The notes under the pieces were generated by a model. The model worked only from the letters and a program-made list of their open reading frames with translations. It ran no database searches and was not told the DNA's origin. From Octopus vulgaris (taxonomy: Eukaryota): a stretch of DNA of 64,000 bases. Below are positions 53,671 through 64,000 of this stretch, piece after piece (within the stretch, counting starts at the first letter, position 1; the number at the start of each line of letters is the position of its first letter). The stretch covers positions 148,614,001-148,678,000 of the forward strand of contig OX597817.1 of the NCBI GenBank assembly GCA_951406725.2, in the 5' to 3' direction. Made by a program: the position numbers and the translations under genes.

Positions 53671-54683
53671 CGTTTAACTGGATATGAAGTATGTGCTTAA
53701 GGGAATTTCACTCCGCAACAACACTAGGTCTTGAACCAGTATTCCCTTGGATGCAGCCATCACTTTATGAGGTTAACATATCCTCTATATATATATATAT
53801 CAGGAAGAGGATTTGAAAATGCAGAAGTCTTTTAAAGATGTTTATTGACTTCACTGGTTTCATTTTTTTAAAAAAGGATTTTCAAAAGTAAAATATAAGG
53901 CTTTGTGTAACCTTTGTGGGGTTAAAAATGAGTTAATACTGGTGTACTAAAATAGAGTGACAGAGTCTTTGACAATGATAAGAAAATGTTGAGAGGCTTT
54001 GTGTTTAAGCAGTTTACATGGAAGTGTTCAAAATAGGTAGTAAAATAAGTTTATAATTATTCATTAGTTCATCAGAAATCATAATTGTTTTAAGAGAAAT
54101 GACGAACCTTTTTTCTTCATCTCGAGTCTTGTATATGTGTGTATATATATAACTGGCTTCCACAAATTTTCTGTTTACCAACTTCAGTCATAAGTCATTA
54201 CCCGACCTGGAACCATAGTAGATGTCACTTGCACCAAAGCCTCACCCATTGGGGGAAGAACTTGAAACCATGTATTTGCAAAATGAACTTCTTAACTACA
54301 AAGCTAATCCTCACTTACCGTTTCCACCTAAATAATTAAACACTCTATGTCTTGCAAACGTACACTGAAATTTCCGTTATTCTACAATTTTACAAACTTG
54401 TTGCGTTAATCTCACCACTACAGCAATAAAAACGACCACACCCTTTTATATGTTCCAGTACATATTAACCTTTATACATAAATAATAAGAACTCAATACA
54501 GATTAATAGATAATAGGTCTTCCTTCTGCCATTAATCATAAGAGGGAATCATTAAAAATGCCGATAACGTTTTTGTTCAAGCGTCTCTATCATGTATTTT
54601 ATGTTTGCCAATGAATGTGTGTATGTGCATGCCGTATGTGGCTATATGGATATGTTGTTGAGCATATATATATATGTGTGTGT

Positions 54684-54721
<38 letters not shown>

Positions 54722-55218
54722 TTGTATGCATGTATGTATATTAACTCTTATGCATATATGTACGCATGCAAGTACATAAAAATAACAGCAGGTCCACGGT
54801 AGGAACGTCTTTGATCATCAGTCTTCTCCATCAGAGCTAATGCGGAGCTGATCGACGTATAGCTTTACATCCAGAAACACAAACAAATACACAGAAATAC
54901 AAATACGCTCACACTTATACACATAGATTGTTTTGTGTGTCTATCAGTTAGTCTATCAAAATATGGGTGTGTGTGTGTATTTAATGAGAGAGAGGGAGAG
55001 AGAGGGCGAAGAGGACAGAGAGAGAGAGAGAGAGAGAAAGAGATGGAAATGGAAATTGGTAAGCAAACAAGGAATTCCGCGTATGTATGAATGTGCATGT
55101 ATTTGTGTGTATGCGCGTGTATGTGTGCGCATATATATATGTGTGTATGATTGTGTTTCAGTGTATATACCTCTCTGCTGTCTCTCTCTCCATCTCAAAT
55201 ATGTTTATATGCACACAT

Positions 55219-55254
<36 letters not shown>

Positions 55255-55345
55255 GTATGCATGTATGTATGTATGTATGTATGTATGTATGTATGTATGT
55301 ATGTATGTATGTATGTATGTATGCATGTGTGCATGCATGTATGTT

Positions 55346-55383
<38 letters not shown>

Positions 55384-55447
55384 CATGTTTTTATATATAT
55401 TGTGTGCATATCTATACATTCTCTCTCCTCTCGCGTGTGTGTGTTTG

Positions 55448-55516
<69 letters not shown>

Positions 55517-55540
55517 GCTTACATGCATATATATACATAT

Positions 55541-55575
<35 letters not shown>

Positions 55576-55870
55576 CACGCATGCTAGCATGCATATATAT
55601 ATACATATATATATATATATACATACACGCACATGCAGTGTAATGTATAGTGTTTAACATAACTGAACGTATATTATTGAGTGAATAAACGATTATCTGA
55701 TATAGATATCAGAACGAAATGCAGAGTCAAATATGCTATATGATATCAAATATATCAAAATAAACAACGGTATGCACACAGAGATGCGCATATATGTGCA
55801 TGTAAGTATGTTTGTATATATGGTGTATGATGCATGTCTGTAGCTGTTCATGTACTTATGTATTTATAAT

Positions 55871-56270
55871 AGATCCACGTGTGATACTTTACATGACAGA
55901 TCTTAAGTCATGCCAAATGCATTGAACAGCATGTTGATCTTTATCAAGTGTTTATTGATCTTAGAGACGCCTTTGACACGGTTAATATGAAAACACTCTG
56001 GATTATATTTGGAAAGGTTGGTTGGCCACCGCAATTTGTTGACATTTAAAAACAGTTCCATCAGTTCTATGACGATGCACATTCATGGAAAATTTTCATT
56101 GGTGAACTCTCCTATATTTGCTGTTATGGAATGAAGCGAGAGAAGAATTTTACTCAATTGTTTCCTATCTATTTCTATGTCTCTCGTATCATTAACGACA
56201 GGGTTTGTGATGTTTGTGAAATTGGAGTATGGCTTAGTCATCGTACAACTGGCAATTCTGTTTTTCGTTG
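55871..56270 (+). pseudogene. RTE-clade LINE reverse transcriptase remnant
   Basis: Manual translation HAKCIEQHVDLYQVFIDLRDAFDTVNMKTLWIIFGKVGWPPQFVDI*KQFH, cf. RTE QEKCREQ..LY..FIDL.KAFDTV....LW..L.K.GCP. Confidence 0.8.
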
Positions 56271-56749
56271 GCTTTTTGGGGGTTTTTTCTTCTTTTCTTT
56301 TGCCTTGTTTCTCACTTGCTAATACACCTCAAGCAAAGTTCTCGTTTGCTACAAATTCAGAGATTACCTTTTTGCTGGAAATTTTGAGAGGTCTGCAAAT
56401 TTTGAGAGGGGTCTCCAGAAAATTATGGCGCGAATTGTGAGCGCTTCTACACGCTAAATTTATAATTTATCTTTTTCTACATATTTTATTTCTTTTGGTC
56501 ATTGAAGTGTGGCCACACTATTGCGTCTCTTTTATGGGTTTTAATCCAACTAGTCGACCCCAGTACTGATTTATAAGCCTAAAACTAATTTAAGCCACCT
56601 CTTGTGGCAATATGCTCAGTAGCGCGAACGTAAATAAACCAACATCGGTTGTCAAGTGGCGGAGGAACAAACACTGATACAATTATAAACAAACGTTGCT
56701 TGCAAAGCGAAGTCTAAACCACAAAGACATGTCTGTAATTACTCTGTTT

Positions 56750-56834
56750 TTACTCTCTTTTACTTGTTTCAGTGATTTGACTGTCGCCATGCACGAGCAC
56801 CGCCTTTAGTCGATCGAACAAATCGATCCCAGGA
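56750..56834 (-). mobile_element. SINE A 3' end; matching 5' end at 59287-59320, on the other side of the ORF1 unit
   Basis: TTTTACTTGTTTCAGT..GCACCGCCTTTAGTCG..ATCCCAGGA, and AGCAAGCTACTTACCACACAGCCACTCCTACGC. Confidence 0.75.
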
Positions 56835-57129
56835 TAATACTCCAAAAAGGTAATCCAAATAGCTTATTCTTGAAGTTCGGAAAAATTGTACTTTTTCTGG
56901 CGAGATACGCCCACTAGAATTTACAAAAAGAATTTTCAAGCAAAAATTCTCAATTCACCGTTACGGTGATGAGAACCCAGTATTTTGCTCGCTATAACGA
57001 GCCATAATTGACAATTTACTTTTTGTTCTTTTTTCTATTCACGGAGCCCCAAAAAACTCACATCTTGTCACTGTAACAGTCCAGACCAACTAGTGTTGCA
57101 TTCTGGGTAACCTAAAGTAAGCAAGCTAC

Positions 57130-57135
57130 TTTATT
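57130..57135 (-). promoter_or_regulatory. Candidate AATAAA polyadenylation signal of the ORF1 unit
   Basis: TTTATT on + strand, about 250 nt downstream of the stop codon. Confidence 0.4.
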
Positions 57136-57385
57136 TCAAAACATTTGCCATAAAGGCAGTACACAGATTAAGTTAGCTTTGCGGGCTGGATGAGGACATT
57201 AATGACGTGAATGATAATGAAAGAAGGATGATAAGGATGGGAGAAGACAAAAAGCACCCGCCGACATTCGCTTCTCTAAAACATTGTTCTCTTTAAAGAT
57301 AAACACAAAACGAGGTATTAAACCTCTTACAATTTTTCCAATTTTTGGACTTAGCAGTCCATTACTAATAATAACAGTTCAATAA

Positions 57386-58622
57386 TTAAATATCGTCCTC
57401 GAAATAGCTTGTGCCCGCGCCCTCCACCATCAACCACGCCTCCCTCAGAACGTAATCAAGTTCCGAGTTGGCGTCGCCCCGGACCAAGTTATAATCTTCA
57501 TTGAGCTCCTTTAGCCCAAGCGTCACGTCGAACGCCACGGCCCCCACAGCTACCTGCGGAGGCCATTCGGGGTCCTGTGTGAAGGCTAAAGGTGCTCCCT
57601 TGTGGTGCTCTTCCATTACTTTTTCAATTTCTCCTCCTCTATAGAAGAGGACCAATACGTTCAGTTCTTTCGTTGGCGGCACAGTTCCCGCCAACGGTAT
57701 TCCTTCTCTTGTCGGTGGCACAACCCCAACCGACGTAGTTCCAGGACATTCCGGTGCTACACTGACAGCCGGTAATGTCCCGTTTTTCTTCCTCTTTTTC
57801 TTTTTTTCCCCTTTTCAACTGAGGGAGGGTGCGTCTCCTCCGTGGCTGGAAGATTCGCCTTCCTCTCCTCATCCCTATTATCCTTTGGTGAGCACCCATT
57901 GTTGCTCACCTTCCTCTTTCGGCCTCTGTTCGAGGAGTCCTCTGCTTTCTCGGCCGTTATCATTCCCTCTTCTAGAGGGGTTTTACTTAACTGTTCCGGG
58001 ATCCTATTTTGTTCCCGGGGACAGTTCTTCTTTATGTGGCCGGACTCCAAGCACCGATGACACTTAGGGGGGCGACCCTCAAGCATCACCGGGTACCTGC
58101 ACCCGGCCATTTTCAAAAAATCTGGAAGAACCAGGTTGGCTGATTTGGTCCACAGGGTCAAAATTGCTTTTGACCCAACCCAAGCAGCCGCAGGAAGAAC
58201 TTTTACATTAAGGAGCTTAGTTTCGCTGACACCCAGACCCCGGCGGATAGTCTCCTCTATCCACTCGGGTTCTATGTCGGGTGGCAGCCCGCAAATCCAA
58301 GCTTTCATCAATTTCTTTTTTTGTACGTGGGCAGGAATAAGATTTCCTTACCCTCCAGGGGTTTGTTAGCAAATTTGCAAGCCTCTTCAGGGTTGTCAAA
58401 TAGCAACCACACCGTTGCATATTTGACACCCCTGGAAATGAATTTAATTGTTGGCAAATACTCTCCCAGCTCCCTTTCAATTGCCGTCTTTTCGAATAGG
58501 GCGATGGTGTCGAGTGCCTTGGAGTAGGTTCTCAACACCACCGTCCTATCTTCACGGTCTTTTAACCACTTTTTAGCCGGTATGATCTCCCATTCCAAAA
58601 GTTTGTTATTTTTCATTGCCAT
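57386..58622 (-). CDS. LINE (L1/Tx1-like) ORF1/gag-like nucleic-acid-binding protein with CCHC zinc knuckle; about 412 aa if two single-base gaps in A7 runs are corrected
   Basis: ORFs 58308-58622, 57757-58311 and the frame of 57386-57721 join by adding one A at each AAAAAAAG; motifs AWICGLPPDIEPEWI and EGRPPKCHRCLESGHIKKNCP (CX2CX4HX4C); basic KRK stretches; clean coding-like composition. Confidence 0.65.
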
Positions 58623-58678
58623 GTTTTTTTTTTTGTTTTTTTTTTTGTTTTGTTTTTTTAAATGTATTCAGAATAAAA

Positions 58679-59178
58679 CTAAAAAACGAGAAGAAAAGGA
58701 AGTCCGAAGAAAGTCACAGTGAAAAAAGGAGAGAGTCAAATAAAGTTAAAAAGAAAGTCAAATAAAGTTAAAAAGAAAGTCAAATAAAGTTAAAAAGAAA
58801 GTCAATAACACAGCAAAAACCTTCTGGCCATTTGGTACTCCCGGCCTAAATTGAACCAGGAACGCACAACTTCCACAAAAATTGGTGTAAAATTGGTAAA
58901 AATTGTTCAAACTTCGGAGGCAAAATACTCCCCTATATAGTAGTTTTCACAATTCATAAAAGTTCTTCACAGCACAATACAATTCTCACAATTACGGGAG
59001 AAAAATATTCACTAAATTTATCGAAGACGGATACGCCCCCCCCCAAAATTTTCTCAGCGAGAAAAATATATTTGCCACATGTCGGCAGAATCAGAATTCT
59101 GAATCCAGTAGGACTTCCTGCCTGTAAAAAACAATTCTCAACAAAAACTCCCACTGGACACAGAAAACAGAATCTTAC
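58679..59178 (-). other. Predicted 500-bp 5'UTR intron
   Basis: Donor AAG|GTAAGA at 59178; acceptor TTCCTTTTCTTCTCGTTTTTTAG| at 58679, 56 nt before the ATG. Confidence 0.5.
58734..58805. repeat. 22-bp tandem repeat, about 3.3 copies
   Basis: TAAAGTTAAAAAGAAAGTCAAA at 58741, 58763 and 58785. Confidence 0.9.
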
Positions 59179-59224
59179 CTTACATGGGGCTTCCAAAGTT
59201 TTCAATTCAAGACGGCTTCAAAAG

Positions 59225-59261
59225 CACGTCTTCACCGCTTCAGTGCCAAACACAACACTGA
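59225..59261 (-). promoter_or_regulatory. Inr + DPE-like Pol II core promoter
   Basis: Reverse complement TCAGT (A+1 = 59259) and AGACGTG starting at +29 (canonical DPE starts at +28). Confidence 0.45.
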
Positions 59262-59917
59262 CTCGCACATGCGCAGAAACAACTGTTAGCAAGCTACTTA
59301 CCACACAGCCACTCCTACGCTTTACATAGAATAAATATAATATTCACTTGCCTTTCTAGATACTTTACAATTATTAACCAATATTTATTTGTGGCACCAA
59401 ACTGCCTGCGTCTCAGAAGTTTAGTTATGTGAATTGTACATTTTCACAGTTTTTCTTTTATTTTTTCGATGACGAAAAATCGGTAAAATATAGAAAGAGA
59501 TAACTTAAGGCGAACAGGAAACGGTGCACTGATCGTACTGGAATACTGCTACATCAGACCTCACTAGACATATACGTGATATGCTTGGAAAAACCCCAGG
59601 AATCAACTCCCGATATGTAATTTTCATACATTGGTGAGAAAAATCAAGACCTTCTACCCAGACCAGTGTGAGTTCCGATTCAATTCTTGTTTTTACAATC
59701 CACAATGGAAAGCGTATGTATAATTACAATACCTACATACACATATATATCAACAAATAAGGGCAAAAGAAAAAATATCTATACCAATATGCTGAAATTT
59801 AAGTTTAGATCTTCTAATCGCATACAATATTTTTATAGTGAAAAATGCTATATGTAGTTAGACGATCTAAATTCTAATTTCAGTATGTTGGCATAAAATA
59901 TTCTTTTTGTTTTGCCC

Positions 59918-60015
59918 TTATTTATAATTGTTTATAATTTTCCCCTTAAAAGGTATTTTAATATGCTGGCCACTGATAATATTTTTCTTGAAAAATTGTA
60001 TCCTTAATATTACAA
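59918..60015 (-). repeat. (TA)n-adjacent repeat end, also at 41690-41783 (+)
   Basis: TGGCCAGCATATTAAAATACCTTTTAA..GAAAATTATAAACAAT shared. Confidence 0.75.
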
Positions 60016-60016
60016 G

Positions 60017-60070
<54 letters not shown>

Positions 60071-60232
60071 TGTGCATTTATATATATATATATATATATT
60101 AGTAGAGGTCACAAAAGTGACGGAGTGTGCTGACCAGCACCGTTTATGCTAAAATATTAGTTAAATTAACTCCAAAGCCACAAATCACTCTAACTCAATA
60201 ATTGAAAAAGGGAGGTAAGTCCCTATCGTGTA

Positions 60233-60289
60233 AAGCTGGATCACGATTTTGAATGTTAGTGTTGACACATTAGTTCTCTTCAGCGGCTT
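60233..60289 (-). ncRNA. Decayed hammerhead motif in a (TA)n-flanked segment (about 60100-60437)
   Basis: Reverse complement: AAGCCG-CTGAAGA-GAA..TTC-AAAATC-GT-GATC-CAGCTT; GAAA>AAAA and CGG>CAG both fit CpG decay. Confidence 0.5.
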
Positions 60290-60436
60290 ATAAAGCCTAG
60301 CTCTAAGCTCAACTTCCTCTTTCAATCATATAAGAAAGGCCGTTTAAATCATATGTTGATTTTCCAAACGGTTTAAGCGACCACTATTAATTTTGCTTTT
60401 AGATTTTAATTTCTGCTAAGGCACCATTTTTATTAG

Positions 60437-60483
<47 letters not shown>

Positions 60484-60624
60484 TTCCAAACTCCGCTGAC
60501 GTCGGCTTTGACTTTCATCCTTTCGGGATCGTTGAAGTAAGTACCAGTTTAGCACCGGTATTGATGTAATTGATAAACCCCTCGCCCAAACCAGCCGCCG
60601 TTGTGCCAACATTTAAAACCAATG

Positions 60625-60660
<36 letters not shown>

Positions 60661-61316
60661 CATACTACATATGTATATATGCATACAGTCAGACAGACAC
60701 CCCGACAGACATGCATACATGCAGACAGACAGACAGATATCTTTTTATAATCGTCTTAACTACAATCAATGTGCCTACTAACTTCCAAGTATTGGCTCTA
60801 CAAATGATACTGTAAAGAACCAGTTCAAACCAATCCAGCAATTCAGGACTGATATATAAGAATGGATATGAACTTACAAAATACCGATAAGAAATAATAC
60901 GATTCAAAGACCGAAACCGAATCTAAGAAAAAGATCCCATAAAATGTAAACAATATCTGCAAGGGATAGCAAAAAAGCCAACGACACCTGGTTACACTTT
61001 CAACAACAACAATTAAATTGAATAGAGTATGATAACACAAAACGTAACTTCAGTGTGACCTAGCAGATTCTATAATTTAGTGCTATTAAATTTTGACGGA
61101 AACACATATCTACGTTGTATGTGGCTGTGTGATAAGAAGCTTGCTTCAGAAACACATAGTTCCCGGTTGTTCAAGTCCCACCGCGTAGCACCTTGGACAA
61201 ATGGATTGAAAATGAAAGAAGGCTGTTGTGTATATGTATGCATCAACAACAACGCCAAGCAGTGAAGAGGAATAAACGAAGTTTACTTCAGTTAAAATAT
61301 GTTTGGGACATATCTA

Positions 61317-61468
61317 GGCGCAGGAGTGGTTGTGTGGTAAGTAACTTGCTTACAAACCGCATGGTTCCGGGTTCACCTTGGGCAAAGTGTCTTCTACTAT
61401 AGCTTTGGGTCGACCAAAACCTTGTGAGTGGATTTGGTAGACGGAAACTGAGAGAATCCCGTCGTATG

Positions 61469-61542
<74 letters not shown>

Positions 61543-61765
61543 AGTGTGTGTGCGTGCGTGTGTGTGTGTGTGTGTCTGTGTTTGTCCCCCCACACCGATG
61601 CTGGTGTGTTTTCATCAACATAGCGGTTTCTCCAAAAGAGACCGATAGAATAAGTACTAGGCTTACAAAGAATAAGTCCTGTTGTAGATTTGCTCGACTA
61701 AAAGGCGGTGCTACAGCATGGCCGCAAGCAAATGACTGAAACAAGTAAAAGAGTAAAAGAGTAAA
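61317..61765 (+). mobile_element. SINE family A, inserted in the old tandem array
   Basis: Full head and tail; array sequence (GCCAAGCAGTGAAGA) lies on both sides. Confidence 0.85.
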
Positions 61766-62505
61766 CTTCTAAAGACAAACTCACTGCAGTTGTGAAAATA
61801 CATTTTCTCCCTAGCGCTTCCCTCTAGCGGATTCTCAGACCTGCGTTTCTGACTTTTTAGCCATCTTCAATGGGGAATAACGAAGGCAGATAACCCGAGC
61901 AGATTCAAAGCCGTAGTTTCATCTAAAAATAATCCACTTCATTGACTGAGCTGCGCTTGTAAACCTCCAGGTCGGAATAAATATAACAACATCAGTGCCA
62001 AGCAGTGAAGAAGTATAAACAAATTTTTAATTTAGGTCGTAATATCTTTTAAATTCTAAAGGCAATCTCACTGCAGTTGTCGTAGATAAAAAAAAATTCA
62101 CTATTATGGCAAAAGGTGTAAAAACTCAGAGCTTTCCTCCAGTCGATCCCCAGATGTGCATTTCTGGCCCTTTAGCCACCTTCAATGGGAACTACCCAAG
62201 AGAGATAACCATGCCGAGATTCAAGCAGTAGCTTTAACAAAAATAAATAAATAAGTATCACAGACTGCGCTGTCACCATACAGATTTAAGAGCGCAGCTC
62301 AGTCACTGATGATGATTGTTCTGGGGTAAAAGTTACGGCTTTGAATCTACGCAGGGTTATCTCTCTTCAGTATTTCCCATTGAGAAAGGCTAACGATAAA
62401 ATATGGCCCCCTGAGAAGCCGCTAACTTACAAGATATGGTATTTTTACTCCTTTTGCCATAAGACAGATTCTGATTTCTAACTGCATGCAATTTGCCTTT
62501 GGAAG
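61766..62505. mobile_element. Old diverged array of about 290 bp (direct, direct, inverted) with HHR-like motifs
   Basis: TTCTAAAG.CAA.CTCACTGCAGTTGT..TTAGCCA.CTTCAATGGG..GATAACC..GATTCAA at 61767 and 62055; inverted at about 62283-62503; HHR-like motifs at 61831-61878 and 62146-62192 (-). Confidence 0.7.
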
Positions 62506-62554
62506 TTAAAATAAGACACAAGCATATTTTACCTAACGTAAAGTTCACGTGCGT

Positions 62555-62624
<70 letters not shown>

Positions 62625-63218
62625 CTGTGTGTGTGTGCGTATAAGTATATATATGTGTATATACATGCAAATATTCACATAGACTCACACACATACATGC
62701 GCACACAAGCGTGTGTAAGTGCTTAGATGGGATTTTGTGTGTGTGTATGTGTGTGTGTGCGTGTGCTCGCGCGTGGATGTGCAAGGTATTTTGAACGTGC
62801 GTATATAAACTTGTTTAAATATCTGAATCTTTCGAGGGGCACAATGGCATGTTTTGAAAAGAAAATGGTGTCTCTCGCAGTGAGAGCCAAAGAACTGCTG
62901 ACAATATTTTCAGGAGCCGGCATCCGTGAAATTACAATCAATTTTGAAAACATAAACGTAAGGCATGTCTCTAAATACCGTAAAATATTTTAATGAACTT
63001 TCCACCATTTTTGTCAACGTAAGACATTTGAATGAAGGAAAAAGCTATTTTATGGTCACCCAGCCTGCTAGAAATAGCAATATGATATCTCAGTACTCAT
63101 ATCTTACGGTATTATAGAAGTTAAGCTTTAGAGGATAATATAGTTTAGATATACTGTCATTGAAAATGCTTGAAACAACAGATACATGTTCTTTCAGCAA
63201 TCAGGGTGCTAGAAAATA

Positions 63219-63444
63219 ACCACCGATGCTGGTGTGTTTACATCCCCGTAACCTAGCGGTTCGGCAAAAGAGACCGATAGAATAAGTAGTAGGCTTACAA
63301 AGAATAAGTCCTGGGGTAGGTTTGCTCGACTAAAAGTGGGTGCCCCAGCGTGGCCGCAGTCAAATGACTGAAACAAGTAAAAGAGTAAAAGAGTAAACTT
63401 CTAAAGATAAACTCATTGCAGTTGTAAAAAATACATTTTCTCCC
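63219..63444 (+). repeat. Duplicate of SINE A 3' half plus about 47 bp of its flank (copy of 61593-61811)
   Basis: ...GTAAAAGAGTAAACTTCTAAAGA.AAACTCA.TGCAGTTGT.AAAATACATTTTCTCCC at both sites. Confidence 0.8.
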
Positions 63445-64000
63445 AACATCGCTTAACCACCGATGCTGGTGCTAGAAATAACAGTCAGGTATCCAATATA
63501 TCACACCCTGTTATCTTCAAAATCAGAAACGTTGCATTTGGATACTACAGTCAAGGATACATATTGTCTTAAAAAACGGGATAGTCACAGTTGAAACACA
63601 TTTGATCATAGGTATGATTGATCAAGACAGACGTGTGACTATATAATAATTGATATAACTTTATACGTGCGTGTATGCTTGCATATGTGTGAGAGATAGA
63701 GTTTGTGTATATATGCATATGTGTGTGCTTGTGTGCATGTATTTATGTATTTATATGTATGTGTTGTAAGACGCACATACATACACACACACACACCTAC
63801 GTGTGCTTATCGGCATGAATTGAATTATGCATATAAAATATGTGTATGCGAATGAACAGGCGTGTGCCTGTAATTATGCGAATATGTTTCCATGTATCCG
63901 TTTGGAGATATTATTAAAAAATAACCACATACACACACGAGCACAAAAATATATGATTGAAAATTCACTAATTTGCAAATTATATTCCATGCTGTAAAAG

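Noticed and set aside
57842-58527. Plus-strand ORFs over the ORF1 unit
   Set aside because: Antisense shadows with no motifs.
59505-59705. 66-aa ORF, and similarly 62723-62993
   Set aside because: No recognisable similarity; short, with non-ATG starts or microsatellite overlap.

Overview
AT-rich, microsatellite-dense eukaryotic genomic DNA. The repeat content (tRNA-headed SINE families, (TA)n/(TAGA)n/(AAT)n blocks) looks like an Octopus/cephalopod intergenic or intronic region; that assignment is inference. I could not identify any conventional host exon, and most ORFs in the track are microsatellite artefacts. Recognisable elements: a near-intact DD34E Tc1 transposon with IR/DR termini (16426-18053); decayed mariner, RTE, R4/Dong and Penelope-like (PLE) fragments; non-autonomous Helitron/Helentron elements and MITEs; many SINEs. 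Three things stand out. (1) There are about 15 minimal type-I hammerhead ribozyme (HHR) motifs in at least 8 apparently unrelated non-coding repeat families, most embedded in (TA)n. The best case is a young array of 561-bp units (50297-52605; about 3 direct plus 1.2 inverted copies), each with one HHR, i.e. a retrozyme/PLE-pseudo-LTR-like system that could release 561-nt RNA monomers or circles. (2) A tRNA-headed SINE has an HHR-bearing Penelope-type 3' end. (3) A compact, RT-less LINE ORF1-like (CCHC) transcription unit at 56835-59286 (-) has an Inr/DPE-like promoter, a predicted 500-bp 5'UTR intron and a poly(A) signal. RNA structures were folded by eye, and repeat boundaries are approximate unless stated.
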